From sequence record PP886229: a DNA stretch of 64,000 bases. One strand, given 5' to 3'. Origin of the DNA: Escherichia phage vB_EcoM_E9. Both the position numbers and the translations under genes were made by a program. This document shows, one piece after another, positions 16,207 through 27,303 of the stretch. Positions within the stretch are counted from its first letter, which is position 1, and every line of letters starts with the position of its first letter. A model generated the notes under the pieces. That model saw only the letters and a list, made by a program, of their open reading frames with translations, had not been told where the DNA came from and ran no database searches.

Positions 16207-16250
16207 TTCTTTATGGGTATTCTCACCATCTTGGCTGATGAGGTGATTAA

Positions 16251-16448
16251 ATGCCTACAATCCTAGCAATTCTTCTAAAAAATCTAGGTAGCTTCTTCTG
16301 GAAACTCATTTTATCCCTTCTAAGTGAATACATGATTGAGAAAGTGTTCTTTAGGCTTGCAAGATACCTTGCGAGTAAAACAGACACACCTATTGATGAT
16401 GAGTTCGTAGATAACTTAGAAAAAGCTTTTAAGGGGGAAAATAAATGA
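16251..16448 (+). CDS. small hydrophobic protein
   Basis: 65 aa, hydrophobic N-terminal segment (ILAILLKNLGSFFWKLILSLL). Confidence 0.3.
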   Translation: MPTILAILLKNLGSFFWKLILSLLSEYMIEKVFFRLARYLASKTDTPIDDEFVDNLEKAFKGENK

Positions 16449-16816
16449 AGTGGCTAGAGGAAGCTTTTAAAAATAATATTGGTGCAATTGTAGTTGGTAT
16501 TTTTAGTGTTATTGGGATGTATACCACCATGCAAGTTTCAAGTGGTAAACAAGAAGTGTCTGTCACAACAAAGTTACAGCAGCTAGATAACTATTCCAAA
16601 AGTAATTATTCAGCTATTCGTGATTTACAGTCTGACATGAGATTGATTCAGCTAGGGATGGAGAACCAGAAAGTTCAGTTAGAGAATGTTAAGGGTGAGA
16701 ATGCAAAACTTACCAAAACTCTTGATAAGTTCTCTGATAGTGTGAACAATCTGGCTCAGTCAGTATCAGCCTTGCAAGCTATTACTGAAAAGAACACAAA
16801 GAATACTGAAAAATAA
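16445..16816 (+). CDS. membrane-anchored coiled-coil protein
   Basis: 123 aa, single N-terminal TM segment (IGAIVVGIFSVIGMY) then Gln/Leu-rich helical region. Confidence 0.35.
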   Translation: MKWLEEAFKNNIGAIVVGIFSVIGMYTTMQVSSGKQEVSVTTKLQQLDNYSKSNYSAIRDLQSDMRLIQLGMENQKVQLENVKGENAKLTKTLDKFSDSVNNLAQSVSALQAITEKNTKNTEK

Positions 16817-16823
16817 AATTTTA

Positions 16824-16852
16824 AGGCTCCTTTTTACGGGAGCCTTTTTTGT
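16824..16852. terminator. bidirectional rho-independent terminator at strand switch
   Basis: GGCTCC-tttttac-GGGAGCC flanked by T-runs on both strands, between convergent genes. Confidence 0.6.
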
Positions 16853-16853
16853 T

Positions 16854-17753
16854 TTATTTACCTACTGACAGAGGTGCTTCAATCTTTCCTGCATGTTGGT
16901 AGTTGTTAATGCCACCAACAAAGTCACTTGCAGTGAGATGTTTTAAGTCACTTAAAGTGTTAAGTGGGATACCAATCTCAAAAGTAGGTGCATGGAACTC
17001 TTCATTGTTCAGTAGTTCATAAACCTGTTTCATGTGGTTCTGATAAATCTGGGTATCTCCAAAGACACCTATCAAGTACCGTGGAGTGTATCCAGTCATC
17101 TTACAAAGAACTTCCAGAATAAAGCCATAAGATGCAATATTAAACGGAAGTCCTAAAAAGGTGTCTACAGAACGCTGATACCATTGTAAGTCAACTTCAC
17201 CCTCGTTAGTGATATAAATCTGAAACAGAACATGACAAGGTGCTAAAGCCATTGAGTTTGCTGCAATATCTGCTGCATTCCAAGCATTAACAAGCATGTA
17301 ACGGTCTGTGATATCACCCTTCATCTTTGTTACTAAGGTCTCTAACTGGTCTACAACACAACCATTATGACCTTCAAAGTTTCTCCACTGAACCCCGTAG
17401 ATTCTTCCACCTGCATCTTCTAACCAATCTTGTTCAGAAGAGTAATTAGAGCTTAACCAGCGTTTAAAATCATCTGACCAGATTGTCCAACGTTCTCCAT
17501 CATTTTCACCCCAAGTGCGGTAACGGAGTTCACCCAGCTTATTCTCACCATTCAGGAACCATAAAGCTTCCCCAATAACTTGCCGTGTAAACACCTGTTT
17601 AGATGTTAAGAGTGGGAAACCAGTTCGCATATCAAAACGAAACTTAGGTGGAGCAAATGCAGAGATAACATCTCCAGTTCGTGTAGTACGCAGTTCACCA
17701 ACGGATAAAACATGGTTCAGGATATTTTTGTAACTTGAGTCTGCTTGTGACAT
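16854..17753 (-). CDS. thyA: thymidylate synthase
   Basis: 299 aa with catalytic motif ..ALAPCHVLFQIY..; adjacent to DHFR. Confidence 0.85.
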   Translation of the reverse strand: MSQADSSYKNILNHVLSVGELRTTRTGDVISAFAPPKFRFDMRTGFPLLTSKQVFTRQVIGEALWFLNGENKLGELRYRTWGENDGERWTIWSDDFKRWLSSNYSSEQDWLEDAGGRIYGVQWRNFEGHNGCVVDQLETLVTKMKGDITDRYMLVNAWNAADIAANSMALAPCHVLFQIYITNEGEVDLQWYQRSVDTFLGLPFNIASYGFILEVLCKMTGYTPRYLIGVFGDTQIYQNHMKQVYELLNNEEFHAPTFEIGIPLNTLSDLKHLTASDFVGGINNYQHAGKIEAPLSVGK

Positions 17754-17754
17754 A

Positions 17755-18300
17755 TCAAAAGTGTCCTTTTACTTGTGGTGTATAGATATCAAAAGTTGCT
17801 TTTCCATCTGCTGATGGTCTTGACTGAATCTTAGCAAAAATTTTACGGTCATGCAACTTGTCAAAGAAGTTCTCAAAAGGTAGATACACAGTTGCCTCTT
17901 CAGTCACTTCATGGAAAACTGTATGAAACACTACATCAGCATACGGTAAAGCACTGACAAGAATACCTGCACCACCAATTACGAAAACATCTTCTTCAAT
18001 ATTACTGTCAAGATACTTTAAAAATGCTCCAAAAGAGTCTTGATGAGCTTTAGCAAACATAACATCATCTTTACTAAAATCTATACCATAATAAGGCACA
18101 GAGTTTGTTAAGATAAGGTTTTCACGTTCAGGTAAAGGATTACTTCCCAGAGTCTTGAAAGTCTCGTTACCCATTACTACTAAGTTATCTTTAGTGAGTC
18201 TCTTAAACTCTTGCATGTCCTCTTTATGTCGAGGCCACGGCATACCAGTTGGAGTACCAAACTCCCCATTTTCACCACTTGCAAAGATTAACTTAATCAT
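17755..18300 (-). CDS. folA: dihydrofolate reductase
   Basis: 181 aa, N-terminus MIKLIFASGENGEFGTPTGMPWP matches DHFR signature; coupled to thymidylate synthase. Confidence 0.75.
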   Translation of the reverse strand: MIKLIFASGENGEFGTPTGMPWPRHKEDMQEFKRLTKDNLVVMGNETFKTLGSNPLPERENLILTNSVPYYGIDFSKDDVMFAKAHQDSFGAFLKYLDSNIEEDVFVIGGAGILVSALPYADVVFHTVFHEVTEEATVYLPFENFFDKLHDRKIFAKIQSRPSADGKATFDIYTPQVKGHF

Positions 18301-18557
18301 TTTGTAAATCCTCTCTTAATGAACCAGTTGATAACATTCTTCACAGCTTTATTGCTATGGTAGATTAAGTGTGGGGTAGGTTGGTATGAACCATAAGCCC
18401 AGAAAGCAATAATTTCACTACACCCTGTACACCTTGTACTCTCTTCGGCAATATGACCGTTGACTATTTCACTCACCTCACCTTGTAAGTCTGTACACCC
18501 ACAATGTGGACAACGGATAGGTGTTCCATCAGACTCATAGCAGTGTTCAATTTTCAT
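18297..18557 (-). CDS. small Cys-rich (zinc-ribbon-like) protein
   Basis: 86 aa with CPHCGC...CTGC. Confidence 0.35.
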   Translation of the reverse strand: MKIEHCYESDGTPIRCPHCGCTDLQGEVSEIVNGHIAEESTRCTGCSEIIAFWAYGSYQPTPHLIYHSNKAVKNVINWFIKRGFTK

Positions 18558-19073
18558 TTATTTAACCTCAAAAACTGGCTCAAGAACCAATATAAAGTCT
18601 ACACAGTCATCTTCTTCATCCAGAATACCATCAAAGTTCTTAGGAACGAAGTCGAAGAGGCTCATAACAAAACAGTCAGAAGTAACCCTAATAGTGCCTC
18701 CCATATTCTCTACAGTCAACACTGTACGACTTTCTTTTACCTCTCGCAGAAGATTGTTCACAAAGTCATCTAAGAAGTGCTTCATCAGTGACTTAAAGCC
18801 TTTAGGGTAATCTGTACCAGAGTATGTTTCAATCTGGGGCACAAGCTTAACATTTATACTAGTCTTTGTTAAGAACGTGCTAGAGAACATACTATCAGGT
18901 AACTTACAAACAATCTTTCCAGTACCTTCATGTTCAATCTCAACAAAACCAGCTTCATCGCCACATGTAACTATTTTAAAAGATGCTTCATTCTCATACT
19001 GTGAAGCCATAAACTTTTTAAGCATTTCTTTAAGGAAATCTGCATGAGCATCTTGTAAGTAGATATCAATCAT
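18558..19073 (-). CDS. hypothetical protein
   Basis: 171 aa ORF in co-oriented block. Confidence 0.35.
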   Translation of the reverse strand: MIDIYLQDAHADFLKEMLKKFMASQYENEASFKIVTCGDEAGFVEIEHEGTGKIVCKLPDSMFSSTFLTKTSINVKLVPQIETYSGTDYPKGFKSLMKHFLDDFVNNLLREVKESRTVLTVENMGGTIRVTSDCFVMSLFDFVPKNFDGILDEEDDCVDFILVLEPVFEVK

Positions 19074-19086
19074 AATTCATCACCTA

Positions 19087-19446
19087 TTATGGGAACAGAC
19101 ACTTAATGTCATCGTTTTTGAAAACGAAGCTTGTGTAGTTGTGACCGTCAACATCCAGCCAAACAGCCTGAACATCTACACCATCAAGATTGTGGTAAAG
19201 CTCTTTGATGAAGTGGTCTTTCACAATCTGGCTGCTAGTTGTTTCCAGCTTAATGTTTGAGATTGCTGAACCTACAGCCATATAACCCATTACACGTTTC
19301 TTCTCAGTATGCTTAATCTTACCATCTTTGTAAGCCATAATGAGATTGGAAAGAATCTTCACACCATAATACTTTTCAAGGTGAGTAGGTACACCATAAA
19401 AGCCTAATGCGAAGTTTTCAGAGTGGATAATGTTTTCACGTTTCAT
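19087..19446 (-). CDS. hypothetical protein
   Basis: 119 aa ORF. Confidence 0.35.
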   Translation of the reverse strand: MKRENIIHSENFALGFYGVPTHLEKYYGVKILSNLIMAYKDGKIKHTEKKRVMGYMAVGSAISNIKLETTSSQIVKDHFIKELYHNLDGVDVQAVWLDVDGHNYTSFVFKNDDIKCLFP

Positions 19447-19447
19447 A

Positions 19448-19777
19448 TTAATCTGCCAGCCTTAAATTAAAGTTAACACCAAATTTTTCACATACTTCCA
19501 ACATAAACTCAAGGGAGACATTACCAGTGAGATTGATTATGTTGGATACACGAGCCTGAGAGATACCACAAATTTTAGCAACTTGCTCTTGAGAAAGACC
19601 TCTGGATTTAATCTCTCTCTTAAAACGATGTGCAACGAAGTCTCTCATTTCGTCTACATCCATTGGACAAATATAACTCTCCATTTCAGCTTCTCTGTCA
19701 GCCTCCCAATCATCTTGTGGAGCATAAGGGTCAAAAACCTCATTCATCTTTCTTCTTCCGTTTGCGTGAAGTGTCAA
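19448..19777 (-). CDS. HTH (XRE/Cro-like) DNA-binding protein
   Basis: ..RGLSQEQVAKICGISQARVSNIIN.. helix-turn-helix signature. Confidence 0.45.
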   Translation of the reverse strand: MTLHANGRRKMNEVFDPYAPQDDWEADREAEMESYICPMDVDEMRDFVAHRFKREIKSRGLSQEQVAKICGISQARVSNIINLTGNVSLEFMLEVCEKFGVNFNLRLAD

Positions 19778-19953
19778 TCAATGAATCTATGTTTGTAGCC
19801 CTAACCTTTTCACGTTCATCGTTAAGATAATCATCGAGAATCTTTTCAATCTGTGAATCATCTTGACAGATGACTGTAAAGACTGTAAAGCCGTCTGTAT
19901 CATCAATTATCTTACCATAACCGCTTCTGGGATGTAACTTTTTAAGAGCCATA

Positions 19954-20337
19954 TCAAATACCTGTGCAGCTTCTGTTTTCTAAGAAATACTCAACACCAT
20001 ACATAGCTTTTTGCATCAAATCTTCTTTAAACTGAATACGATGATTAAGCATAACCTGTACATCAATATCATCATGGTGCTTCTCTTTAATATTTGCAGA
20101 TTGCAGGAAATACTCTGCAAGAACACGATACTGATAGTCAGTTACCTTATCCGTCATCTCTGTCAAAGACTCTTCAGAGATTGGTTTAAGCAACTCACCA
20201 TTAGATAGAGCAACACCTTTAACAATCTGACAAGTGTCTTCTGGAACACCTGATAAGTCCACATTTGGAAGTTCTGTTGCATTGACTGGTAAATTTATTG
20301 CCATAACCATTGCAGCAGCTAATAAAATCTTTTTCAT
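19954..20337 (-). CDS. secreted/periplasmic protein
   Basis: N-terminal signal peptide MKKILLAAAMVMAINLPVNA. Confidence 0.4.
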   Translation of the reverse strand: MKKILLAAAMVMAINLPVNATELPNVDLSGVPEDTCQIVKGVALSNGELLKPISEESLTEMTDKVTDYQYRVLAEYFLQSANIKEKHHDDIDVQVMLNHRIQFKEDLMQKAMYGVEYFLENRSCTGI

Positions 20338-20445
20338 AATGACCTCAAAGTTATATTAAATTTTGTATTACGTTGAGTATAAAAATAAGCTATAACACCT
20401 GACTTGTCAACAGATTTTATAGCTTATTTGGCAGATTTTTTATAA

Positions 20446-20697
20446 GGCTACTGCCATCCTTCCATACATTACCTCACCTGACCTGACCTGACCCTACCTA
20501 ACATTACCGTGCCACACCTCACTTAAAAACCCTCTTAAAAGACTCTTAAGTGATGTAATCGAATTTTTATGTAGCTCCGATTAACTACCCATACCTCACC
20601 TCATCCAACCATACCATGCCTTACCAGACCGCACCTTACCTTACTAAAAGACCCTGTTTAAAGACCTTTTAAAAAGGAGCCTCCGAAGAGGCTACCT
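20446..20697. repeat. composite G-depleted pentamer-periodic repeat, copy pair 1
   Basis: Two tandem units of about 110 nt, each with a 50-60 nt (ACCNN)n-like tract almost devoid of G on the + strand, joined by a hairpin linker; ends in conserved ..aaaaccctcttaaaagactcttaagtgatg / ..aaagaccttttaaaaagg. Confidence 0.7.
20676..20697 (-). terminator. hairpin terminator after gene 20705..21145
   Basis: AGCCTC-ttcg-GAGGCT hairpin directly downstream (minus strand) of the stop codon. Confidence 0.45.
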
Positions 20698-20704
20698 AGT
20701 CAAC

Positions 20705-21145
20705 TTAGAAAGGTTTTCTACGTTGCTTGTTAATGTTAGCTTTCATAGCAGCTAAATGGTTTTGCTGTTCAATCAGTCGTGAACGTTCTTGATGACTAAG
20801 TGCCATAGTGTTCACATTCTCAATCGCTTGAGTGGCTTGCTTTAAAGCTCGACCAATCTTGCCAGACATTTTACGTTTTGCAATAGTTGCTTGATGCTTA
20901 GGTTCAACCACACGATAACCAACACCCATTGAAGCAACCAGATAAATCTTCTCTTCTTTAAGAAGCTTCTCAATAAACTTCTCAAGTCGGTTTAGACGTG
21001 TAAGCGCATAAGCCTTCATTTCATCTTCGTACTTAACAATGTCACCTTGATAAGTTGGCTTCACAATACCTAAGAAGGTATCCATCTCAGAATGTGATAC
21101 AGTGTCACCGTAACTAAACTTTGCTGCTAATGCTTTTGTATTCAT
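20705..21145 (-). CDS. hypothetical protein in repeat-flanked module
   Basis: 146 aa ORF, basic C-terminus; no motif recognised. Confidence 0.45.
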   Translation of the reverse strand: MNTKALAAKFSYGDTVSHSEMDTFLGIVKPTYQGDIVKYEDEMKAYALTRLNRLEKFIEKLLKEEKIYLVASMGVGYRVVEPKHQATIAKRKMSGKIGRALKQATQAIENVNTMALSHQERSRLIEQQNHLAAMKANINKQRRKPF

Positions 21146-21147
21146 AA

Positions 21148-21753
<606 letters not shown>

Positions 21754-21827
21754 TTAGTTGATTGTTAAGTTGTTTGTAAAGAACCCTCAACAGAAGACTC
21801 TTTAGAAACTTGGTAGATTTTTAATGT

Positions 21828-22095
21828 GGCTACTACCATCCACCCATACCTCACAACACCATGCCATACCCGACCGGACAAGACCAGACCCTACCGCGCC
21901 AGACCTCATTAAAAGACCCTCTTTAAAGACCTTTTAAAAAGGTAAGTCTCATTTTAATGTAGCTGAGACTAACTACCCATACCCTACTTTACCTTACCGT
22001 ACCGTACTTTACCCGACCGTACCGGACAATACTTAACCCTACCTCACCCGACCGGACATCACTTAAAAACCCTCTTAAAAGACTCTTAAGTGATG
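21828..22095. repeat. composite G-depleted pentamer-periodic repeat, copy pair 2
   Basis: Second tandem pair of the same family with (NNACC)n-like tracts (..taccgtaccgtactttacccgaccgtaccggac..), linker hairpin with compensatory stem changes, same conserved ends. Confidence 0.7.
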
Positions 22096-22125
22096 CTGGT
22101 GAGTACCCGTTGGTTTATGCTGCTC

Positions 22126-22153
22126 AGTATACTCACCAAATTTTCTATGTCAA
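22126..22153 (-). promoter_or_regulatory. sigma70-like promoter reading into the repeat region (minus strand)
   Basis: Minus-strand TTGACA-N16-TATACT just downstream of the ligase stop; transcript would carry the G-rich repeat as a leader of about 350 nt. Confidence 0.4.
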
Positions 22154-22159
22154 CAACTT

Positions 22160-23263
22160 TTATTCATAATCTCGTATAACCAGCCCAACAGGGAACTGTA
22201 AAGACCCCTTACGAGTCATCTTCTGGAACTGAACCGTTAAAGGCTTCCCGATAAACTCTTCAGGATGCTCAGCAAGATACTGTTTCTTCTCATGAGTAGT
22301 CTTCCATGAGACATCTACAAAGACGTTAGGAAGAGTCTCTACAACGAACTTGCCATGACCACGTTTATCGGTCTTTACACCAGTCACTTTAAACTCTTCA
22401 GTGTGCATCTTCTTGTGTTTAATCAAGAAGTATGAACGGTGACAACACTCGTAGAAGGAGTCTTCAGAGATTGAACGGTACATTGCACCTTCAAACTTAG
22501 CTTCAACCCACTTATCATGAGCTTCATCGAACTCTTCCCAAGAATTTACACGACGAGACTTAACAGGGACAACTTTACAGCCATCTCTAAAGTCATTCAA
22601 TGGTGAAGTCTCAATAATATCTCTACGCTCAGGCCACGTCTTAGTACTGTCACAGATATCGTACCAGTAAAACTTGAGCAAGTGTCTGTCAGGATTGTCT
22701 TCATTTTTAATCATAGAGACAATATCTTCTAAGTCCCACCCATGAGCATAAATCTCTCCATCAAATTCATCAACATCTTTGTGGAGCCTTAACATTGCCA
22801 TAATGTCAGGTATTAGTTCAGTAGGGATTTTGTAAACAGTATTTTCACGAGAATATGCTGTGAATACACTGCCAATACTTAAGTGCCTTGAAATCCTACA
22901 ACGGACACCATCAAGTTTCGGTTGAGCATCAGCAGGGAACTTCAGATACTTCGCATGACTAACCTTTGCAGCATCATGAGCAAGCTGTACACCTACCTTC
23001 TCAGTATTCTGTGCAGACTCTTTTGTGTAAGCATAACCTTTGCGGTCAACTTGTTTTTTATACTTAGCAGCAACTTCAAAGAGAGCTTGCTGTTCAGCGT
23101 TACGCTCGTTCTTTTTACCGATGTTTTTAGGTTCTGCTGTATACTCTTCAAACATCATCTTGCCATTTTCTTTACCGTAGGTTGTAATAACTTTGTCACC
23201 TACAGCGACACATGACCAGACGTTAAAAGAGCCATCTTTATTTTGTTTGTATAGAGTTGTCAT
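22160..23263 (-). CDS. ATP-dependent DNA ligase
   Basis: Adenylation motif ..PKLDGVRCRI.. (KxDG); start set to internal ATG at 23263 with RBS agagga, overlapping the upstream stop. Confidence 0.75.
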   Translation of the reverse strand: MTTLYKQNKDGSFNVWSCVAVGDKVITTYGKENGKMMFEEYTAEPKNIGKKNERNAEQQALFEVAAKYKKQVDRKGYAYTKESAQNTEKVGVQLAHDAAKVSHAKYLKFPADAQPKLDGVRCRISRHLSIGSVFTAYSRENTVYKIPTELIPDIMAMLRLHKDVDEFDGEIYAHGWDLEDIVSMIKNEDNPDRHLLKFYWYDICDSTKTWPERRDIIETSPLNDFRDGCKVVPVKSRRVNSWEEFDEAHDKWVEAKFEGAMYRSISEDSFYECCHRSYFLIKHKKMHTEEFKVTGVKTDKRGHGKFVVETLPNVFVDVSWKTTHEKKQYLAEHPEEFIGKPLTVQFQKMTRKGSLQFPVGLVIRDYE

Positions 23264-23264
23264 T

Positions 23265-23456
23265 TTATTCCTCTGAGTGATACCAAGTGTTGCAAGCATT
23301 ACATGCGTAAAGCTCTAAGTCATTTTTATCTGGTTTATGAAAACAGTTTGCTCCGCAGTGGCAACGAAACGGCTTTCCACCAACTGTCAGGATGAAAGAT
23401 TGAACCTTTCCATCAGGAGTTCGTACAGCATTTTTATGCTTATCTTCTTTGTTCAT
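23265..23456 (-). CDS. small zinc-ribbon protein
   Basis: 63 aa with CHC...C and CNAC Cys pairs. Confidence 0.35.
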   Translation of the reverse strand: MNKEDKHKNAVRTPDGKVQSFILTVGGKPFRCHCGANCFHKPDKNDLELYACNACNTWYHSEE

Positions 23457-23659
23457 TTTCTCTTACCACCAATCTCTACGTCAATAACCTGAACATCACC
23501 AGCAACATCAAACTTGTGAATGATGCTTTCCACAGTGTAAGTCCAACCATCGATGCGAACCAATTCACCTTCTCGTGGGACTATTGGGTTACGTTGAGCT
23601 ACGGTTGTAGTGGAGTGAACAACATCATAACAATAGGTATAGTTTACTAGGACTTCCAT
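23453..23659 (-). CDS. hypothetical protein
   Basis: Start trimmed to ATG at 23659 (RBS gagg) so it follows rather than overlaps the lipoprotein gene. Confidence 0.3.
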   Translation of the reverse strand: MEVLVNYTYCYDVVHSTTTVAQRNPIVPREGELVRIDGWTYTVESIIHKFDVAGDVQVIDVEIGGKRK

Positions 23660-23669
23660 CGTGAAAACC

Positions 23670-23906
23670 TCACTCAATAACCGTAGTATGTGATTGACCA
23701 TTTTTGCCATAGCTATAAGATGTTGTTGTTTGAGAGTTTGGACATCTGACAACAACAATATCTCTGCTTATGGCATCGCCATGTAACTTGTAGACTTTGC
23801 AATCTTGCATCTCTGGTGGGAGGCTATAAGAAGCATTTTTATCCTCGTAAGAGGGATTGCAGCCAGCTAGAAAAATAACACCAAGCACAATTACTGCTTT
23901 CCACAT
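23670..23906 (-). CDS. putative lipoprotein
   Basis: N-terminus MWKAVIVLGVIFLAGC: signal peptide with lipobox LAGC. Confidence 0.4.
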   Translation of the reverse strand: MWKAVIVLGVIFLAGCNPSYEDKNASYSLPPEMQDCKVYKLHGDAISRDIVVVRCPNSQTTTSYSYGKNGQSHTTVIE

Positions 23907-24093
23907 AGCACTTCTCCTATTTACTGTTCACGATGTTCTACTTCTCTATATGTACGCCGGTAGTATATGATGAGCTGTGCTAATTCGCTACTTTTAACAT
24001 CTGAGCGTAACAGTTGCCAATCAAAACCTTTACCGACCCTTCCATATAAACTAAAGAATTTTACTTTGCGTTTCATTTTGGTGTTCCCAATAC

Positions 24094-24321
24094 TCAGAGG
24101 TCAATGCTAATACGTTCACCCTTAAGGACTCCTGTACGGTCTCTTGCAATCTTACCGTCAACAATAAGGATATGCGCAGACTTTAAAGATTCACTATTAA
24201 AACCTTTTACGAACTTACTAGGCATCACCACAATAAGCATCTCTTGAATCAACTCTGGAGTGTAGCAATTATCGTGAAGTTGCTGAATAACGTCTGAAAG
24301 TGTCATTTTTGATGTCTCCAA
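24094..24321 (-). CDS. hypothetical protein
   Basis: 75 aa ORF in co-oriented block. Confidence 0.3.
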   Translation of the reverse strand: METSKMTLSDVIQQLHDNCYTPELIQEMLIVVMPSKFVKGFNSESLKSAHILIVDGKIARDRTGVLKGERISIDL

Positions 24322-24512
24322 TACTCAATATCAATAAGTTCTTGTGCAATACTTTTCATATTACCTTTCAAGAAAACCTTCTCAGAACCTGAAAGAGATG
24401 AATTGTCAATCAACCTGTTTATTCTCTCAAACAACTTCTGCTTACGATTCTTGATAGTTTCCTTTGAAGCACCTTTCATCATTGCTGCATGGGTTCTTCC
24501 ACGGTGGCTCAT
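24303..24512 (-). CDS. hypothetical small basic protein
   Basis: 69 aa ORF. Confidence 0.3.
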   Translation of the reverse strand: MSHRGRTHAAMMKGASKETIKNRKQKLFERINRLIDNSSLSGSEKVFLKGNMKSIAQELIDIEYWRHQK

Positions 24513-24573
24513 AATCGCTCCTATATAAGATATTGTATAAGGTACTCTTCCATGAGCACCTTGTCAATACTAA

Positions 24574-27273
24574 TTAGTGAACCTCAAGCCAGCTTTTACC
24601 AACCTTACCAGTACCTGTAACAAGTGTTTCTTTCTTAAGACCTAAGTTCTTAGAAGCTTGTCCATAATACCAGTCAGTAACTGCTTTCACTTCTGCCGTC
24701 ATACTTTCTGGACATTCCCAGCTTGTTTCATCGTGATATGCGCAGAGCAAACGAGCACCAATAGCTGGTTGACGACCATTCAACTTCATCAAACCTTCGT
24801 CAATCATACGACGACAAGCAAGGTTAATTGCCTCGTTTTGAATCTGAGCCTCCGAACCCATAAGCAAATAATTCAATAGCTTATGTGGAGATTTACACCA
24901 TAACCAAGCTCCAGCAACCTTTACAAAACCCCCTTTAGAGATTGCAGCAGTCTTACCAAAAACCTCTTCAAGTGCCTTTTTAGTCGCTTTGTAGTCAGCT
25001 TCTAAGTCATCCAGCAGCTTCTTAATTTTAGGCAAACGAATAAAGTAAGTCTGTTTGGTCAGTGCACCTTCCTGAGTAGTTGCAGCTTTAATCGTCTTAG
25101 CAAACTTCTCATCACCTGCACCGAACAGCAGTGCATAGATACCATTCTTAGCTTTCTTACGACCCTTACTAATCTCATGAAGAAGATTCTCATCCTGAGT
25201 AGCTCGGCAAGTCAAGATATCCTGCTCATCATTCAAGCTAAAGTAAATACTGTTCAGTGTGTGTGCATCAGTCCCTGAATAGACAACGTAAAGGTCATTC
25301 TCAGAGTCATAGCGTAGGTACTTATCAATCTCTGGATTGAGGTACTCATCAAAGTGTTTGCAGTAATAGCATCCATCTTCTTGACGAATAAACTCAATCT
25401 CTTCTTTACCTTGCGTTACCGCTTTGGTGAAGTCTTTGTCACCCATAAAGTTACAAAGAAGAACTAGCTGGGCTGAGTTCATGTCTACAGAGACAACGTT
25501 AGTACCTTCTTCACAAATCCACACTGCCCTCATTGGTTCCCCATAGACAGCAGCACCAGACGGTACGTTTACAATACCATACTGTGTCATACGTCCAGTT
25601 GAAGTACCAAATACCATTGCACCAGCACTAAGGCGACCATCAGGACGAATCTGGTTCAGCCAACCTTTTTCATCATCCTTTGAGTTCTCAATAGTTCTGC
25701 GTCGGTGCATCAAAGTATAGTACTTAGCAATCTTCTGTCCAAGCTCACCTTCAATCGTATCATAAGATGATTCAGTAAGTTTTGGTGAAGTACGGATTAA
25801 GCAAGGCTCAAGCAAATCTGTGTACTTCTTCACAGACCAGTTATGTTCAATGTACTGGACACCTTCATGTTCAACATAACTCAAACCACACCGTTCCACC
25901 ATCTCATCCCACTTAGGATGTTTTGTAATCATCTTTTTGTTGTCTTTGAAGCGACAAACCTTAACAGGACGACCATCAGAGTCTTTCTTATAGTTCCAGT
26001 CATCTGGAATCCAACCAACTGATTTCAAGTAGTCTTTAACAACTGCTACCTGAGTCATACGAGAAACTTCGAACTCAATTGGTGTATATGGTGCATCAAT
26101 CAAACCTGTGTAGCGACTTGACTCAAGCTTAAAGTGGTTAACAACATGACTGTTATAGTACTTCACAGTTTTAACTGTTTTTACTGGCTTCCAGTCTTTG
26201 CACTTCTTACCAATCTTTGCATTCAACTCATTGCAAATTGCACGAGCATCCTTCATTGCTACAAAGCCTTCCTTGTGCTCTTCGCCAGTTACAGAGTTGG
26301 TTGGTGTATAGCAATTCCGCTTTTCAATGTTAAAAATCTTTGTAGTTGGCTTACCAAATGGCTTGATTTCATATGTCTGCATCTCACCGTTACGTACCTG
26401 CTGACGATACTTTGTCTTAGGGTACTTGGTAATTCTCTTCAGTCCATCTGCATGACCTAATGCTTCAACATACTCATTCCAAGCTTTTGCAAATTCTTCT
26501 CCAGTGACTTTACCTTTGGTCTTAATAGTTGGAGGAAGATGTGGTTCAACTTCTGAAGCAAGCTCATTAGTCAACTTGTCAAGTTCCTTTACATGGAACT
26601 CCATAAGTTCTTTATCAGCTTTCCAACCATTGATAGCTTGTTGACTCATCCAGAAAGATGTTTCTTTAGCTCGCATGTAGGTTTCATAAGTATCTACGCC
26701 ACACTTCTTCAGCTTGAGATATTCATTATCCAGTGCGCGTTTAGTTTTGGCGTTAATACGGATATCTTCCACAACACGAGTGAAGATTTCTGCATTCCAC
26801 ACACCCCAATGTTCAATCTCTGGTTTACGTACACCAACACGAGCACCCCATGCAGCCAAGCCATGAGCACCTTTATAACCTTTTGGAGTTGGTCTATCCA
26901 TCCACTGAACACGGGACTGGATAAGAGAATCCTGAAAGAAATTACTCCACGGCTTACACTTTGGATTATCAAAGTTCCACAAATCAGGTGCAATGTGATT
27001 GAAAACCCACCAGTCATACCCTAGACCATTATGGATGCAAAGCCGTTTTGCCTTTAACGCAAACTCAACACCTTCACGCAAACCACCCTTAATGTACTTG
27101 GTATACTTGTGACCGAGGATAGGCTCATCTGTAAAGACCCATACAGGTGGCTCTTCATCGTCAGATTTATAGTCTGCGAAAGCCATTACGTGTACTTTAG
27201 TGAACTCAAGGAGTAAACCATCAGTTTCTGTATCACCAACTAAATGTAAGTTTTTAAAATCTACGTTTTCCAT
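24574..27273 (-). CDS. DNA polymerase (family A)
   Basis: N-terminal exonuclease-type motif ..VGDTETDGLL..; polymerase motifs ..VDMNSAQL.. (A), ..KNGIYALLFGAG.. (B), ..AYHDE.. (C); start set to ATG 27273 with RBS gggag. Confidence 0.8.
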   Translation of the reverse strand: MENVDFKNLHLVGDTETDGLLLEFTKVHVMAFADYKSDDEEPPVWVFTDEPILGHKYTKYIKGGLREGVEFALKAKRLCIHNGLGYDWWVFNHIAPDLWNFDNPKCKPWSNFFQDSLIQSRVQWMDRPTPKGYKGAHGLAAWGARVGVRKPEIEHWGVWNAEIFTRVVEDIRINAKTKRALDNEYLKLKKCGVDTYETYMRAKETSFWMSQQAINGWKADKELMEFHVKELDKLTNELASEVEPHLPPTIKTKGKVTGEEFAKAWNEYVEALGHADGLKRITKYPKTKYRQQVRNGEMQTYEIKPFGKPTTKIFNIEKRNCYTPTNSVTGEEHKEGFVAMKDARAICNELNAKIGKKCKDWKPVKTVKTVKYYNSHVVNHFKLESSRYTGLIDAPYTPIEFEVSRMTQVAVVKDYLKSVGWIPDDWNYKKDSDGRPVKVCRFKDNKKMITKHPKWDEMVERCGLSYVEHEGVQYIEHNWSVKKYTDLLEPCLIRTSPKLTESSYDTIEGELGQKIAKYYTLMHRRRTIENSKDDEKGWLNQIRPDGRLSAGAMVFGTSTGRMTQYGIVNVPSGAAVYGEPMRAVWICEEGTNVVSVDMNSAQLVLLCNFMGDKDFTKAVTQGKEEIEFIRQEDGCYYCKHFDEYLNPEIDKYLRYDSENDLYVVYSGTDAHTLNSIYFSLNDEQDILTCRATQDENLLHEISKGRKKAKNGIYALLFGAGDEKFAKTIKAATTQEGALTKQTYFIRLPKIKKLLDDLEADYKATKKALEEVFGKTAAISKGGFVKVAGAWLWCKSPHKLLNYLLMGSEAQIQNEAINLACRRMIDEGLMKLNGRQPAIGARLLCAYHDETSWECPESMTAEVKAVTDWYYGQASKNLGLKKETLVTGTGKVGKSWLEVH

Positions 27274-27303
27274 TTTTACTCCCTCTAAAATCATTAACCT
27301 CAT